A stretch of DNA of 64,000 bases from an uncultured Oscillospiraceae bacterium (GCA_947626495.1 CANQSJ010000004.1:33069-97068); one strand, 5' to 3'; positions 1 through 10,956 are shown, counted from the stretch's first letter. Made by a program: numbers and translations. The notes: generated from the sequence alone by a model not told the origin.

Positions 1-182
1 GCGGCGGTGATCTTTTTCAGCTCCTCGCCCTGCACCCGGCGGGGCAGCTGCAGCCAGCCGGTAAACTCAGCGCCCGCTCCTTTCCCTTCCGCCAGGGCCC
101 TGTGGGCCTGGCCGGCGGCGCCGTAATCCGGTCCCACGCTGTCCAAAAATCCCAGCGCGCCGGATAGATCGACCTTGACCAT
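1..182 (-). CDS. pgi: glucose-6-phosphate isomerase, N-terminal ~60 codons (gene runs off the left edge)
   Basis: ATG at 182-180 preceded by GAAGGAG. Translation MVKVDLSGALGFLDSV...GKGAGAEFTGWLQLP...EELKKITA fits the G-x-G-x-(D/E)F-x-GW-x-x-LP N-terminal signature of Firmicutes Pgi. Not in the ORF track because it is open at the window edge. Confidence 0.55.
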   Translation of the reverse strand, partial: MVKVDLSGALGFLDSVGPDYGAAGQAHRALAEGKGAGAEFTGWLQLPRRVQGEELKKITA

Positions 183-336
183 GATCAGCACTCCTTCGTT
201 CATTCGTGTTTTGGCCGCACATCGCGGCTATTTTAAGGGAATTATATCCCATTTCCCGCCGTTTTTCAAGTCATGGGGCTCCCAAGTGGGGCAGCCAGGG
301 CGAAAAACGGCGTTATTTCCGTTCAAAATGGGGCCC

Positions 337-1485
337 TCAGTCCTTCCAGCCGATGAGCGAGCCCAGCAGCCGGCCGTATACCGCCCGGAAACTCAGCCGC
401 TCCACGCTGCCGGCGGCCACGATCTCCACCGTCGCCAGCTCCTTCTCCCCTGCCCGGACGGTCATGGTCCCCAGGACCTGGCCCTCGACCACCGGCGCGG
501 AGAGCTGCTCCGGCAGCTCCACCGCGTAGCTCAGCTCCGTCAGCGCCCCCTTCTCCTGCAGCAGCCACTCCCCGCCGGTGAACGCCGGCTGGACGCTGTC
601 GGCCGTGCCCATGACCACCGGAATGGGCGGCAGGGCCTGCCCGGGCCGCAGCGATGCCAGGCCGTAGTTGGCGAAGGCGTAGTTGAGAAGCGTCCGGGCG
701 TCCTCGAACCGCTCCTGGGAGGTCTGGCCGTGGAGGACCACGGCGATGTATTCCACTCCGTCCCGCTCCGCCGTGGCGGCCAGGCAGTACATGGCCTTGC
801 TGGTGAACCCGGTCTTCAAACCGGTGGCCCCCTCGTATCCGTAGATGAGCCGGTTGGTGTTGGACAGGCCGAATTCACCGTCCCGGATGGAGTCCATCCA
901 GATGGTGGTATACTCCTTGATCATGTCGTGGCCGATCAGCTCCCGGCTCATGAGGGCGATATCATAAGCGGAGGTGTAGTGCTCGTCGTCGTCATGCAGG
1001 CCCGTGCAGTTGGTAAAATGCGTATCGACCATCCCCAACTCGCCGGCCCGCTGGTTCATCTTCTGTACGAAGGCCTCCTCGGAGCCGGCGATGAGCTCCG
1101 CCAGCGCCACGGCGCAGTCGTTGGCGCTCACCACCGCCACGCACTTGAGCATCTCCGACACCGTCATCCGCTCCCCCGGCTCCAGCCAGATCTGGCTGCC
1201 GCCCATGGAGCAGGCACTCTCCGACGCCGTCACCACCGTGTCCCTGGAGATGGTGCCGGCCTCGATGGCCTCCGCCACCAGCAGCATGGTCATCACCTTC
1301 GTCACGCTGGCCGGCGGGCAGCGCGTGTGGGCGTCCTTTTCATAGATCACCTCGCCGGTGGTCTTTTCCATCAGCACCGCATGGGGCGCCTGGATGGTGA
1401 TCGCTTCCGCCGGCAGGGTGTCCACCGCCAGCGCGGGCGTGGTCAGCAGGATGGCCGACAGGATGAATGCCAGTATTTTTCTCAC
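337..1485 (-). CDS. D-alanyl-D-alanine carboxypeptidase (serine type, PBP5/DacB-like)
   Basis: ORF 337..1527 with SVTKVMT (SxxK) motif and S11-peptidase-like sequence. Best start is GTG at 1485 (GGAGG 8 nt upstream), giving signal peptide MRKILAFILSAILLTTPALA. Confidence 0.85.
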   Translation of the reverse strand: MRKILAFILSAILLTTPALAVDTLPAEAITIQAPHAVLMEKTTGEVIYEKDAHTRCPPASVTKVMTMLLVAEAIEAGTISRDTVVTASESACSMGGSQIWLEPGERMTVSEMLKCVAVVSANDCAVALAELIAGSEEAFVQKMNQRAGELGMVDTHFTNCTGLHDDDEHYTSAYDIALMSRELIGHDMIKEYTTIWMDSIRDGEFGLSNTNRLIYGYEGATGLKTGFTSKAMYCLAATAERDGVEYIAVVLHGQTSQERFEDARTLLNYAFANYGLASLRPGQALPPIPVVMGTADSVQPAFTGGEWLLQEKGALTELSYAVELPEQLSAPVVEGQVLGTMTVRAGEKELATVEIVAAGSVERLSFRAVYGRLLGSLIGWKD

Positions 1486-1636
1486 AAAAAACACCTCCAT
1501 ATCCCATGGATATGGAGGCCTGGTCACGATTATGATGCCGCCGGGGCAAAAGCCCTAAAACCGCCGGTTTCAGACAGCGCCAACAGTTTTGTGAACAAAA
1601 ACCGCCCTTCCGCCGGTCGGACGGTGTCGAACGTCG

Positions 1637-1876
1637 TCAGATCTCCCGATACATGGCGGGCGCGTCGGCCTTGGATACCGTCTCGGCCACGGACACCACC
1701 TCCACCCGGGTGGCGCGCTCGCCGAAGCGGATCTCGATCACATCCCCCGCCTTTACCTCCCGGGAGGCCTTGGCCGGGGCGCCGTTGACGGTCACCCGGC
1801 CGCCGTCGCAGGCCTCGTTGGCCACGGTACGGCGCTTGATGAGCCGGGACACCTTCAAAAACTTGTCCAGTCGCAT
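1637..1876 (-). CDS. S4-domain RNA-binding protein (YabO/Hsp15-like)
   Basis: MRLDKFLKVSRLIKRRTVA... is a typical S4 domain. ATG at 1876 has a GAGGAAGG RBS. Sits in a yabM-mazG-yabO-like gene order. Confidence 0.8.
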   Translation of the reverse strand: MRLDKFLKVSRLIKRRTVANEACDGGRVTVNGAPAKASREVKAGDVIEIRFGERATRVEVVSVAETVSKADAPAMYREI

Positions 1877-1942
1877 AAATCCTTCCTCACAAAATGCCCG
1901 CGGCGCGGGAAGACCCGCGCCGCGTTTGCAGTATAGAGGCAA

Positions 1943-2218
1943 TCAGTCCGCCACAGCGTCCTTCAGGGCCTTGCCGGCTTTGAACTGAGGGATCTTGGAT
2001 GCGGGGATCTTGATCTCCTTCTTGGTCTGGGGGTTGCGGCCGATGCGAGCGGCGCGCTCCTTCACATCGAAAGCGCCGAAGCCAACGATCTGGACCTTGT
2101 CGCCCTTCTTCAGGGTATCGGTGATGGTCTCGATGGCGGCGGTGACAGCCTTCTCGGCATCCTTCTTGCTCAGATCGGTCTTCTCGGCAACAGCCGCGAT
2201 GAGTTCTGCCTTGTTCAT
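1943..2218 (-). CDS. hup: DNA-binding protein HU
   Basis: [25 protein letters not shown]...[30 protein letters not shown] is canonical HU. ATG at 2218 with GGAGG RBS. Confidence 0.92.
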   Translation of the reverse strand: MNKAELIAAVAEKTDLSKKDAEKAVTAAIETITDTLKKGDKVQIVGFGAFDVKERAARIGRNPQTKKEIKIPASKIPQFKAGKALKDAVAD

Positions 2219-2304
2219 ACGTTTACCTCCTGATTTTTGGCGTGGTTTCCGCCTCTTTTGTGTTTGTGTTATCAAAAGCCGCTTGATGCGGATTTCTCAC
2301 GATG

Positions 2305-3096
2305 TTATTCTTCCCGTTTTGCCTGCTGCCAGAGGGTCTCCTGGCTCGCCAGGTCCATTTCCGAGAGGGCCTGTCCCTCCCGGCCCGCCAGCTCCTCCAT
2401 CCGGGTGTACCGGCGGATGAACCGGTCGGTGGAGCCGTTCAGCGCGCTCTCCGGGTCAATCTTCAAAAGCCGGGCCAGATTCACCGCCGCGGCCAGCACG
2501 TCTCCCAGTTCCTCCTCGATCCGCTCGCCGGAGGCCAGCGCCTCGTCCAGCTCGCCGATCTCCTCGGTCAGCTTTTCCCGGGCTCCCTTCCAGTCGGGCC
2601 AGTCAAAGCCGTCCTTCGCGGCCTTCTTCTGGACCTTTTCCGCCCGCCACAGGGCCGGCAGCCCCGCCGCCACGCTCTGCATGGCCTGGGCGGTGGACTT
2701 CTGGTCCTTCTCCTGGCGCTTCACCTCGTCCCAAGTGGCCAGGACCTCCTCGGGCGTGTCCAGCTCCATCTTGCCGAATACATGGGGATGACGGCGGATC
2801 AGCTTCTTGCAGGCACCGTCACAGATATCCTCAAAGGTGAAGCCGCCCTTTTCCTCCTCAATCCGGGCGTGAAACAAGACCTGCATTTGCAGGTCACCCA
2901 ATTCCTCCAGAAGGTTCTCCGTGTCGCCGCTGTCGATGGCGGTCACGGTCTCATAAGCCTCCTCCAGCAGGTCCCGCCGGATAGACTGGTGCGTCTGTAC
3001 CCGGTCCCAGGGGCAGCCGTTCTCGCCGCGGAGAATGGCCATGATCGTCCGAAAGTCTTCCAGACCGTATTTTTCCTTGTACTGAAAATTTACCAT
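2305..3096 (-). CDS. mazG: MazG nucleoside triphosphate pyrophosphohydrolase
   Basis: 263 aa. Motifs LRGENGCPWDRVQTHQSIRRDLLEEAYE and RHPHVFG, with tandem MazG domains. Confidence 0.85.
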   Translation of the reverse strand: MVNFQYKEKYGLEDFRTIMAILRGENGCPWDRVQTHQSIRRDLLEEAYETVTAIDSGDTENLLEELGDLQMQVLFHARIEEEKGGFTFEDICDGACKKLIRRHPHVFGKMELDTPEEVLATWDEVKRQEKDQKSTAQAMQSVAAGLPALWRAEKVQKKAAKDGFDWPDWKGAREKLTEEIGELDEALASGERIEEELGDVLAAAVNLARLLKIDPESALNGSTDRFIRRYTRMEELAGREGQALSEMDLASQETLWQQAKREE

Positions 3097-3163
3097 ATAT
3101 TCTGGCCCTCTGCAAGTATTAAATTCACCAAATCAAGCATTTGCCATGATTTTTCGGACAATT

Positions 3164-4789
3164 TCAGCGAATATGCAGCTTTTTCGCGATTTTCTCCCCC
3201 TTGGGGAACAGTTTCATGTCCTCCAGCGTGATGGCCCGCAGGGCGATGGCCATCACCACATAGACGATAACGCCCGTCCCCACCGCCGCCATGAAGGGCA
3301 GCAGCAGGCTCAGCGGCCGGCCGGCGATGGAGCCGCCCATGCCGCCCATCAGCGCGCTCAGCAGATTCCACACCGCCCAGGCCGCCACGGCCATGATGGC
3401 GCAGCTGACGCCGGACCGCCCGGCGATCCGCCACAGGTTCATGGGCCGGGCCATGTGCCGGGCCATGTTGAACAGGTTCACCCCCAGCATCACCAGGTAG
3501 CAGCACAGCGTCCCCAGAGGCGCGCCGTAGATGTTGATCCGGGGATTGCCCACCAGGGCAAAGGTGACGGCTACCTTCGTCAGCCCGCCCAGCACGATGG
3601 CCACCAGGGGCAGCCGCTCGTTGCCGTTAGCCGGCAGGATGGAGTTGGTCATCAGACTCATGGTCATAAAATAGCAGGTGATGCCCAGCTCAAACAGCAG
3701 CAGCGGCCCCTGGCTCGAGGCCTCGGGATAGAGCACGTCCATGCAGGGCTCGGCAAGCACCGCCATGCCGATGGCCATGGGCAGGCACAGCAGCGTGCAC
3801 ATACGCATCGCGCTCTCGGCGGTGGCGCACACCTCCTCCCGGGCGTTGCGCACCCGGGCCGCGGCGATGGCCGGGACCACGCTGGCCAAAAACGGCACCA
3901 CGAAGGAGCTGGGGACGTTGTAGACCGTCATGGCCTTGTCATACACCCCGAACAGGGTGCTGGCCGCGATGTCGTTGTACCCGGCGGCCCGCTGGAGTTG
4001 GTTAAGGGTGATGACGCCGTCCAGCAGCTGGATCACGCTCATGACGGAGGTGGAGATGGTGATGGGGATGCCGATGCGGATGAGATCCCAGAGGATCTTC
4101 TTATAGCGCTCCGGCACATCCTTCGCCCCGGGGCCGGGCTTCACCTGATACTTGCGGTGGACCGCGATCTGCATATAGAGCATGGCGGCCAGGGAGCTGA
4201 CGGTGGTTCCCAGGATGGCGCCCGCCGCGCAGATGTCCATGCTGTAGCCGCTCTTATAAAGCCACCCGGCGCAGGCCAGGCCCACCAGCACCTTCACGCC
4301 GGTCTCGATCACCTGGCTGACGGTGGTGGGGATCATGTCCGAGTGACCCTGGGCATAGCCCCGGTAGGTCGCCGTGACGCACACCAGCAGGACGCTGGGC
4401 GCCATGATGAAGATGGACCGGGCCGCCTGTACGTCGCCGGCCATCGCCGCCATCTCCGCGGGGAAGGCCATCATCACCGCCGTTCCCACCGCGCCCAGCG
4501 CCAGGAAGCTCCAGATGCCCACCCGGAACACCCGGTAGACCTGGTTCTCCCGGTCCAGAGAATCGGACTCGGATATGAGCCGGCTCATGGCCACAGGGAA
4601 GCCTGCCGTGGAGATGGTGAGGAAGAAATTATAGATCCGGTAGGTCATGCCGAAGTGGGCATACCCGACGTTGCCTAAAATGTTCCCCAGCGGTATTTTG
4701 TATACCGCGCCCAGGATCTTCACCAGGATGATGCCCACGGTGTAGATGGCAGCTCCATGCAGAAAGTTTTGACCTTTTTTCTCGGACAT
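3164..4789 (-). CDS. MOP-superfamily polysaccharide/lipid II flippase (SpoVB/YabM/MurJ-like)
   Basis: About 540 aa, multi-TM. Start MSEKKGQNFLHGAAIYTVGIILVKILG at 4789 with AAGGAG RBS. Located upstream of mazG as in Bacillus yabM. Confidence 0.75.
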   Translation of the reverse strand: MSEKKGQNFLHGAAIYTVGIILVKILGAVYKIPLGNILGNVGYAHFGMTYRIYNFFLTISTAGFPVAMSRLISESDSLDRENQVYRVFRVGIWSFLALGAVGTAVMMAFPAEMAAMAGDVQAARSIFIMAPSVLLVCVTATYRGYAQGHSDMIPTTVSQVIETGVKVLVGLACAGWLYKSGYSMDICAAGAILGTTVSSLAAMLYMQIAVHRKYQVKPGPGAKDVPERYKKILWDLIRIGIPITISTSVMSVIQLLDGVITLNQLQRAAGYNDIAASTLFGVYDKAMTVYNVPSSFVVPFLASVVPAIAAARVRNAREEVCATAESAMRMCTLLCLPMAIGMAVLAEPCMDVLYPEASSQGPLLLFELGITCYFMTMSLMTNSILPANGNERLPLVAIVLGGLTKVAVTFALVGNPRINIYGAPLGTLCCYLVMLGVNLFNMARHMARPMNLWRIAGRSGVSCAIMAVAAWAVWNLLSALMGGMGGSIAGRPLSLLLPFMAAVGTGVIVYVVMAIALRAITLEDMKLFPKGEKIAKKLHIR

Positions 4790-4918
4790 AAGCGCTCCTT
4801 GCCTGTGCTGGATAAACGAATATATGCGGGGACATCTTATATGATGAACCGCCCCGGGATGCCGTCCCCCGGTAAAGCACAAGGGCGGCTTTCGCCGCCC
4901 TTGCGTCAAAAGAGATGA

Positions 4919-5944
<1,026 letters not shown>

Positions 5945-6008
5945 CTAAAAGAATTTGTTCTTTCGTGTGTCGGCCCCGATCTCTCCCGTCCGGAGGCCGA
6001 CCGGAGAT

Positions 6009-6016
6009 ATTATACA
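6009..6016 (-). promoter_or_regulatory. extended -10 element (TGTATAAT) upstream of gap
   Basis: Minus strand reads TGTATAAT about 75 nt upstream of the gap ATG. No good -35. A GC hairpin lies in the leader. Confidence 0.3.
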
Positions 6017-6211
6017 CCAACGTTCCCTGTATTTCCAGCATTATTTGAAAAAAAGAGGGATTTCCCATGATTATTTTGCACACTTGCTATATCGTTCCCC
6101 GCCGTCGCCGGTGGGGATTGCGCTTTCCGCCCATTTCTGGTATGATATCGACATGCACAACGGAAGTCCGTCCACGAATATGCGCGCCTGTGGGCACATA
6201 AAAGAGAGAGT

Positions 6212-7306
6212 ATGGATAAAGATATGAGCATACCGTCAGAGGCCCTGGGGGCGCTGTTCGAGATGAGCCGCGACCCTGTGATCGGCATCGACAGGACGGA
6301 CACCGTCGTGTTCGCCAACCCGCCTGCCGCCGCGTTTTTGAAGGTGGGCCCCGGCGCGTCCGCAAGGGATGTGGTGCCGGAGCACATCCTGGCCGAGCGG
6401 GCGGACCGGTTTTTGGCCACCGCCCGGATCGGCGGCTGCCGGTCCAGCGTATCGGTGGTGCGCATGGAGGGGATCGCCGCATGCACCTTCTCCCTGCCCC
6501 GGGAGCCGGCCGCCGTCGATCCCGGCGCCGGCGCGCTGCGGGAGCTGTCCTCCAGTCTGATGTCCGCGCGGCTGGCTATCGACGCGCTGGTGGGCCACAC
6601 CAATGCGGAGAGCGATCCCGTCCTGCGGGAGACCAGCGCCATCCTGTACAAGGAATATTACCGGCTGCTGCGGACCTGCCGGCACATGACCCTGGCCGCC
6701 GGGGTGGCGGCGGATGACCTGCCCTACAAGCCCCGGGTGACGGACCTGCGGGAGATGTGCCGCCAGCTGTGCGACACGGTGGGACGCCTCACCGACAGCC
6801 GCGGGGTATCGGTGGTGTTCCAGACCGATCCCGGGCTGCACCTGACCATGGCGGACCAGGACCTGCTGGAGATCATGCTTCTGAACCTGATGACCAACAG
6901 CCTGTTCCACTGCCGGGCCGGAGACACCATCCGCGTGGAGCTCACCCGCCGGGACGACCGGTTCATCCTGGCGGTGGAAGACCCGGGCAGCGGAATGTCG
7001 CCGGAGCAGCTCTCCCGGGTGTTCAGCCGGAGCCCCGGATCCGACGGCGTCGATCCCGGCGCCGGCGCGGGCCTTGGGCTCTATATCGCCCGGGGCATCG
7101 CCGAGCGCCACGGGGGCTCCGTGATTCTGGAGAGCCGCCCCGGCAGGGGCACGGCGGTGCGCATCTCCATCCCCTACCGGCAGTCGGAGGACATGACGGC
7201 GCACAGTCCTGCCCCCCTATATCGCAGCGACGGGATGAACAGCGTGCTGATGGAGCTATCCACGCTGCTGGACAAGAGCTATTACAACCGAAAGATGTTT
7301 GACTGA
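6212..7306 (+). CDS. soluble sensor histidine kinase (PAS-like N-terminus, HATPase_c C-terminus)
   Basis: N box LLNLMTNSLFH, G1 VEDPGSGM, G2 GAGLGLYIARGIAERHGGSV. No TM segment and no adjacent response regulator. Confidence 0.7.
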   Translation: MDKDMSIPSEALGALFEMSRDPVIGIDRTDTVVFANPPAAAFLKVGPGASARDVVPEHILAERADRFLATARIGGCRSSVSVVRMEGIAACTFSLPREPAAVDPGAGALRELSSSLMSARLAIDALVGHTNAESDPVLRETSAILYKEYYRLLRTCRHMTLAAGVAADDLPYKPRVTDLREMCRQLCDTVGRLTDSRGVSVVFQTDPGLHLTMADQDLLEIMLLNLMTNSLFHCRAGDTIRVELTRRDDRFILAVEDPGSGMSPEQLSRVFSRSPGSDGVDPGAGAGLGLYIARGIAERHGGSVILESRPGRGTAVRISIPYRQSEDMTAHSPAPLYRSDGMNSVLMELSTLLDKSYYNRKMFD

Positions 7307-7310
7307 AAAA

Positions 7311-7341
7311 CCGGGGAGCCGCGCTCCCCGGTTTGCCTTTT
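7311..7341. terminator. bidirectional rho-independent terminator between convergent HK and blaR1-like genes
   Basis: CCGGGGAGC-cgc-GCTCCCCGG followed by TTTGCCTTTTT, with an A-run before it. Confidence 0.6.
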
Positions 7342-7345
7342 TGGT

Positions 7346-8440
7346 TCATTCCCCGATCCCCCGGTCCGTGGCCGGGTCCTCGCCGCCCTCCGCAGACGGA
7401 TCGGCGGGCGGGACGGTGTCCGGCTGCAGCTGGGCCCTGTCCTCGTTGTATGTCACGGTCATCACCGCGAAGGTCTGCCACCCGTCCTCCGTCCGGGGAC
7501 TGGTCATGAAGGCGGCCCCCGCCGCCAGAAACACCGCGATCGCCAGCCCGGCCAGCCACCGGGCGGGCTTTTTATACCCCAGCACCGCCTTCACCCGTCC
7601 CTTCACGTCGGACCGGCCGGAGGCCAGGGGACAGGCCCCCGCGCCCCGGACGGGCCCGGCCCAGTCCAGCAGGGTCTGGGCGTAGGCCGCCCGCCCCTCC
7701 CGGTCCATATCCCGGGCCGCCGCCTCGTCGCTGGCAAGCTCCATGTCCCGGCAAAAAAGGCCATAGCACACCCAGGCCAGGGGCTGGAACCAATACACCG
7801 CCAGCAGCGCGTAGCCCAGCGGCTTCCACACATGGTCTCCCCGCCGCAGATGGGCCCGCTCGTGGGCCAGCGCATAGTCCAGCGCCGGCGGCGCCAGGGA
7901 CGCGGGCACATAGATCCGCGGGCGGATAAGCCCCAGGAGGAAGGGCGCGCCGATTCGGTCCGAGACCCACACCCGTCCCTCCAGCCGGGCGGCGGTCCGC
8001 ACCCGGCGGCGCAGACGCAGCCAGCTGACCAGAGCGTACAGCGCCATGGCGGCCATGCCCCCCGCCCATGTCAGAGCGAGATAGGTGCTGGCCGGGGCGC
8101 TGTGGCTGATGAACACGTGCCCGCCGTTTTCCCGCTCCCAGGCGTTGACCTCCCGGTCCCGGAGCGTCTCAAATCCGATCTGGGGCAGGACCTGGTCCAG
8201 CGCCCGCACCCCCTCCGGAGAGGTGTACGCCTCCACCACCTGCTCCGCCTGGGGCGGGATCAGGCTCACGGCGCTGTACAGCGGCGCCGGTACCAGCAGC
8301 CGCGCCGCCACCAGCGCCCACAAAAGACCCCGGGTCCACTTGGGCGCGCCGCGAAAAAGCCGCCGGACCAGCAGCGCCGCCCCCATGATCCACCCGGCGG
8401 TGACGGCTGTGCCCGCGATCCGGATAAACAGCTCTATCAT
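7346..8440 (-). CDS. BlaR1/MecR1-family M56 peptidase, short form without penicillin-binding sensor domain
   Basis: HERAHLRRGDH (HExxH) in a multi-TM context. ATG at 8440 overlaps the blaI-like stop (ATGA). Confidence 0.8.
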   Translation of the reverse strand: MIELFIRIAGTAVTAGWIMGAALLVRRLFRGAPKWTRGLLWALVAARLLVPAPLYSAVSLIPPQAEQVVEAYTSPEGVRALDQVLPQIGFETLRDREVNAWERENGGHVFISHSAPASTYLALTWAGGMAAMALYALVSWLRLRRRVRTAARLEGRVWVSDRIGAPFLLGLIRPRIYVPASLAPPALDYALAHERAHLRRGDHVWKPLGYALLAVYWFQPLAWVCYGLFCRDMELASDEAAARDMDREGRAAYAQTLLDWAGPVRGAGACPLASGRSDVKGRVKAVLGYKKPARWLAGLAIAVFLAAGAAFMTSPRTEDGWQTFAVMTVTYNEDRAQLQPDTVPPADPSAEGGEDPATDRGIGE

Positions 8441-8808
8441 TCCGTCCCCTCCCGCCGATAGCCGTCGATGAGCGCCTGGATCTGGGCCGCCTCCTCCGCC
8501 GTCAGGCCCTTTCGGGCGGTGAAGGCCGCGATGAAGGCGGGCAGCGAGCCCTGAAAGGCCTCGTCCACCAGCCGCTCCCCCCGCTGGGCGTAGTATGCCT
8601 CCCTGCTCACCAGGGCCGTGACCGTGCCGCCGTCGTTGCGGAACAGTTCCCTCTGGCACAGCTTTTTCAGCACCGTGTAGGTGGTGGACTTCTTCCACCC
8701 CAGTTCCCCGGCCGCCAGGGCCACCAGCTCCGACGAGCGCAGGGGAGCGCGCTCCCATACGATATCCGCAAACCGCGCCTCCACGGCGCCCATTCTTCCG
8801 TCCTCCAT
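8437..8808 (-). CDS. BlaI/MecI/CopY-family transcriptional repressor
   Basis: 123 aa winged-helix (WKKSTTYTVLKKLCQRELF). AAGGAGGG RBS. Translationally coupled to the M56 gene. Confidence 0.8.
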   Translation of the reverse strand: MEDGRMGAVEARFADIVWERAPLRSSELVALAAGELGWKKSTTYTVLKKLCQRELFRNDGGTVTALVSREAYYAQRGERLVDEAFQGSLPAFIAAFTARKGLTAEEAAQIQALIDGYRREGTE

Positions 8809-8923
8809 AGCCGACCCTCCTTGGAACGATTTGGTCTATTCATAATAACCCCTTTTTGTTAGTCTATCATCAATAGACCCATTTGTCAACAAAAAGATCC
8901 GGGCGGTGTCGCCGCCCGGACGT

Positions 8924-9688
8924 TTATTCGATCCCAAAAAATCGCTTCCCGTTTTCCATACACACCTGCGCCACCAGCGCCGGGGTGGTGTGCCGCACCT
9001 GGGCGATCACCTCCGCCACCCGGGGCAGCTTTGTCGAATCGTTGCGCCGGCCGCCGGTCCGGGGCATGGGGGCCAGATAGGGGCAGTCCGTCTCCAGCAG
9101 CATCCGGTCCGTGGGCATCATGGCGATGGTCTCCAGCGCCCGGCGGGCCCCCTGCATGGTGATGGCCCCGTTGAAGCCCAGGTACCAGCCCCAGGAGAGG
9201 ATCTCCTTCGCCATCTCGGCGCTGCCGGAGTAGCAGTGAAACTCTCCCCGCACGTTGGGGTGCCGCCGCAGGATGTCCATGCAGTCCCCGTGGGCCTCCC
9301 GGTCGTGGATGATGACGGGCAGGTCCAGCTCCTCGGCCAGACACAGCTGCGCCTCCAGCACCTCATGCTGGGTCTGCTTCCAGTCCAGGTCGTAGTGGTA
9401 ATCCAGCCCGATCTCCCCGATGGCCACCACCTTGGGGTCCTTCGCCCAGGCGCGGATCAGATTCGCGCTGTCCGCCGTCCAGCTCTGGGCCTCATGGGGA
9501 TGCCAGCCCACCGCGGCGTAGACGTAGTCATACCGGCGGGAAAATCCGATGGACGTGCGGCTGGTGGCCTCGTCGCAGCCCACGTTCACCACCAGGTCCA
9601 CTCCCGCGCCGGGCAAGCTCTCCATAAGAGCCTCCCTGTCCGCGTCGAACCACTCGTCGTCATAATGGGCGTGGGTGTCGAAATACAT
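8924..9688 (-). CDS. TatD-family metal-dependent hydrolase
   Basis: MYFDTHAHYDD start at 9688, plus GEIGLDYH and ETDCPYL motifs. Confidence 0.85.
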   Translation of the reverse strand: MYFDTHAHYDDEWFDADREALMESLPGAGVDLVVNVGCDEATSRTSIGFSRRYDYVYAAVGWHPHEAQSWTADSANLIRAWAKDPKVVAIGEIGLDYHYDLDWKQTQHEVLEAQLCLAEELDLPVIIHDREAHGDCMDILRRHPNVRGEFHCYSGSAEMAKEILSWGWYLGFNGAITMQGARRALETIAMMPTDRMLLETDCPYLAPMPRTGGRRNDSTKLPRVAEVIAQVRHTTPALVAQVCMENGKRFFGIE

Positions 9689-9702
9689 CCTCTCTTCTCC
9701 TC

Positions 9703-10869
9703 TCACCGGTTCAGGACCCGGGCGATCACCGGCCGGACCACCTTCATGGCCCCCTTGGGGCAGAATTCCTGGCAGCAGAAGCAGCGGATGCACTTGCCCC
9801 GGTCGATACGGGGCAGCTTATCCCGCATCACGATGGCCTTGGCCGGACAGATCTTCTCGCACTGGCCGCAGCCCACGCATTCCTCCGCCGCCGGATCGGG
9901 CCGGGACCGGAGCGCCTTTTGCATGACCGTCGCCAGCGCCTTCTTGAAGGGATTGTTCCCCTTCCCCAGCAGCATGTCGCCGAAAAAGACCACGTCGTTT
10001 TTCTGGGCGATGCGGTCGAAATCCTCCACGAAAAAGGCGTCCACATCCCCGGAGATATCCAGATCCTTCCACTCCGCCGGGACCAGCCCCCGCTCACAGG
10101 CCGCCTCCAGGGTGGGCACATCCTCCCGCCGCAGGCCGATGAGCCGGGCGCATACCAGGTCCAGCGCATGGGGCGATGGGGACGCGGCCAGAAAGCCCAT
10201 GGGCTTGGCCTTGCCCATGGTGGGGCCATTGCCGTCCATGCCCACCACGGCGTCCGCGATGGAGAGGACCGGCTTGAAATACTCGTCCAGATCCACGATC
10301 ATGCGGGCAAAGTCGGCGGCGTTGGGGTATTTATAGTGATACTCCGGCTTGAGGGTGCCGGGGATGACTCCGAACATGTTTTTCGCCGCGCAGGTCATGG
10401 CCATCATACCGTGGCTCTTCAGCTTGCAGAAGTCGATAATGGCGTCACACCCGTCCAGCCAGCCGGTATAGGTGAAGTGCTTCGCCACCATCCCGGCGGG
10501 GTTGTCCGCCTCTTTCTGGGAGAAATCCATGTTGAGTTCCGCGCCGGCCTCCTCCGCCTGGTGCATCCCCGCGGCCCGGTAGACGTTCTTTACATAGGCG
10601 GCGGTGTACAGCCCGCCCGGACTGTCCCCGATCACCACCGACGACGCGCCCCGCTCCCGGAGCAGCTTTGTGAGCTCCGCCAGCAGCACAGGATGGGTGG
10701 TGGCCCCGGCCTCCGGCTTCAAAAAGGACACCAGGTTGGCCTTGATGCCCACCCGCATGCCCGGCTTGACAAAATCCAGCCCGCCCACCGGCTCCAGCAC
10801 CTGCAGCAGAGCCTCCCGGCACACCGCGGCGTCATAGCTTGGACAGGACACAATGGAAACCTGTGCCAT
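9703..10869 (-). CDS. DUF362-domain protein with C-terminal 2x[4Fe-4S] ferredoxin domain
   Basis: MAQVSIVSCPSYD... is DUF362-like. C-terminus has CVGCGQCEKICP and CIRCFCCQEFCP. Confidence 0.75.
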   Translation of the reverse strand: MAQVSIVSCPSYDAAVCREALLQVLEPVGGLDFVKPGMRVGIKANLVSFLKPEAGATTHPVLLAELTKLLRERGASSVVIGDSPGGLYTAAYVKNVYRAAGMHQAEEAGAELNMDFSQKEADNPAGMVAKHFTYTGWLDGCDAIIDFCKLKSHGMMAMTCAAKNMFGVIPGTLKPEYHYKYPNAADFARMIVDLDEYFKPVLSIADAVVGMDGNGPTMGKAKPMGFLAASPSPHALDLVCARLIGLRREDVPTLEAACERGLVPAEWKDLDISGDVDAFFVEDFDRIAQKNDVVFFGDMLLGKGNNPFKKALATVMQKALRSRPDPAAEECVGCGQCEKICPAKAIVMRDKLPRIDRGKCIRCFCCQEFCPKGAMKVVRPVIARVLNR

Positions 10870-10956
10870 ACTCCGCCTCCCCACGTCGTTTTCTCCCATC
10901 ATATACCATCTCCCCCGAACGCGCAAGGGAAACGGCTCCCGGCCCGGCGGGACCGG

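Noticed and set aside
175-1788. Long plus-strand ORF (537 aa) and similar long ORFs antisense to recognised genes (3146..4678, 4928..6070, 9919..12381, 18754..20457, 21449..23989, 29596..32073, 32384..34132, 36565..37587, 37882..39174, 53071..54534 and others)
   Set aside because: Their translations are Arg/Gly/His/Pro/Ala-rich low-complexity strings, typical of shadow frames in high-GC DNA. The opposite strand encodes proteins with clear family motifs, RBSs and operon coupling.
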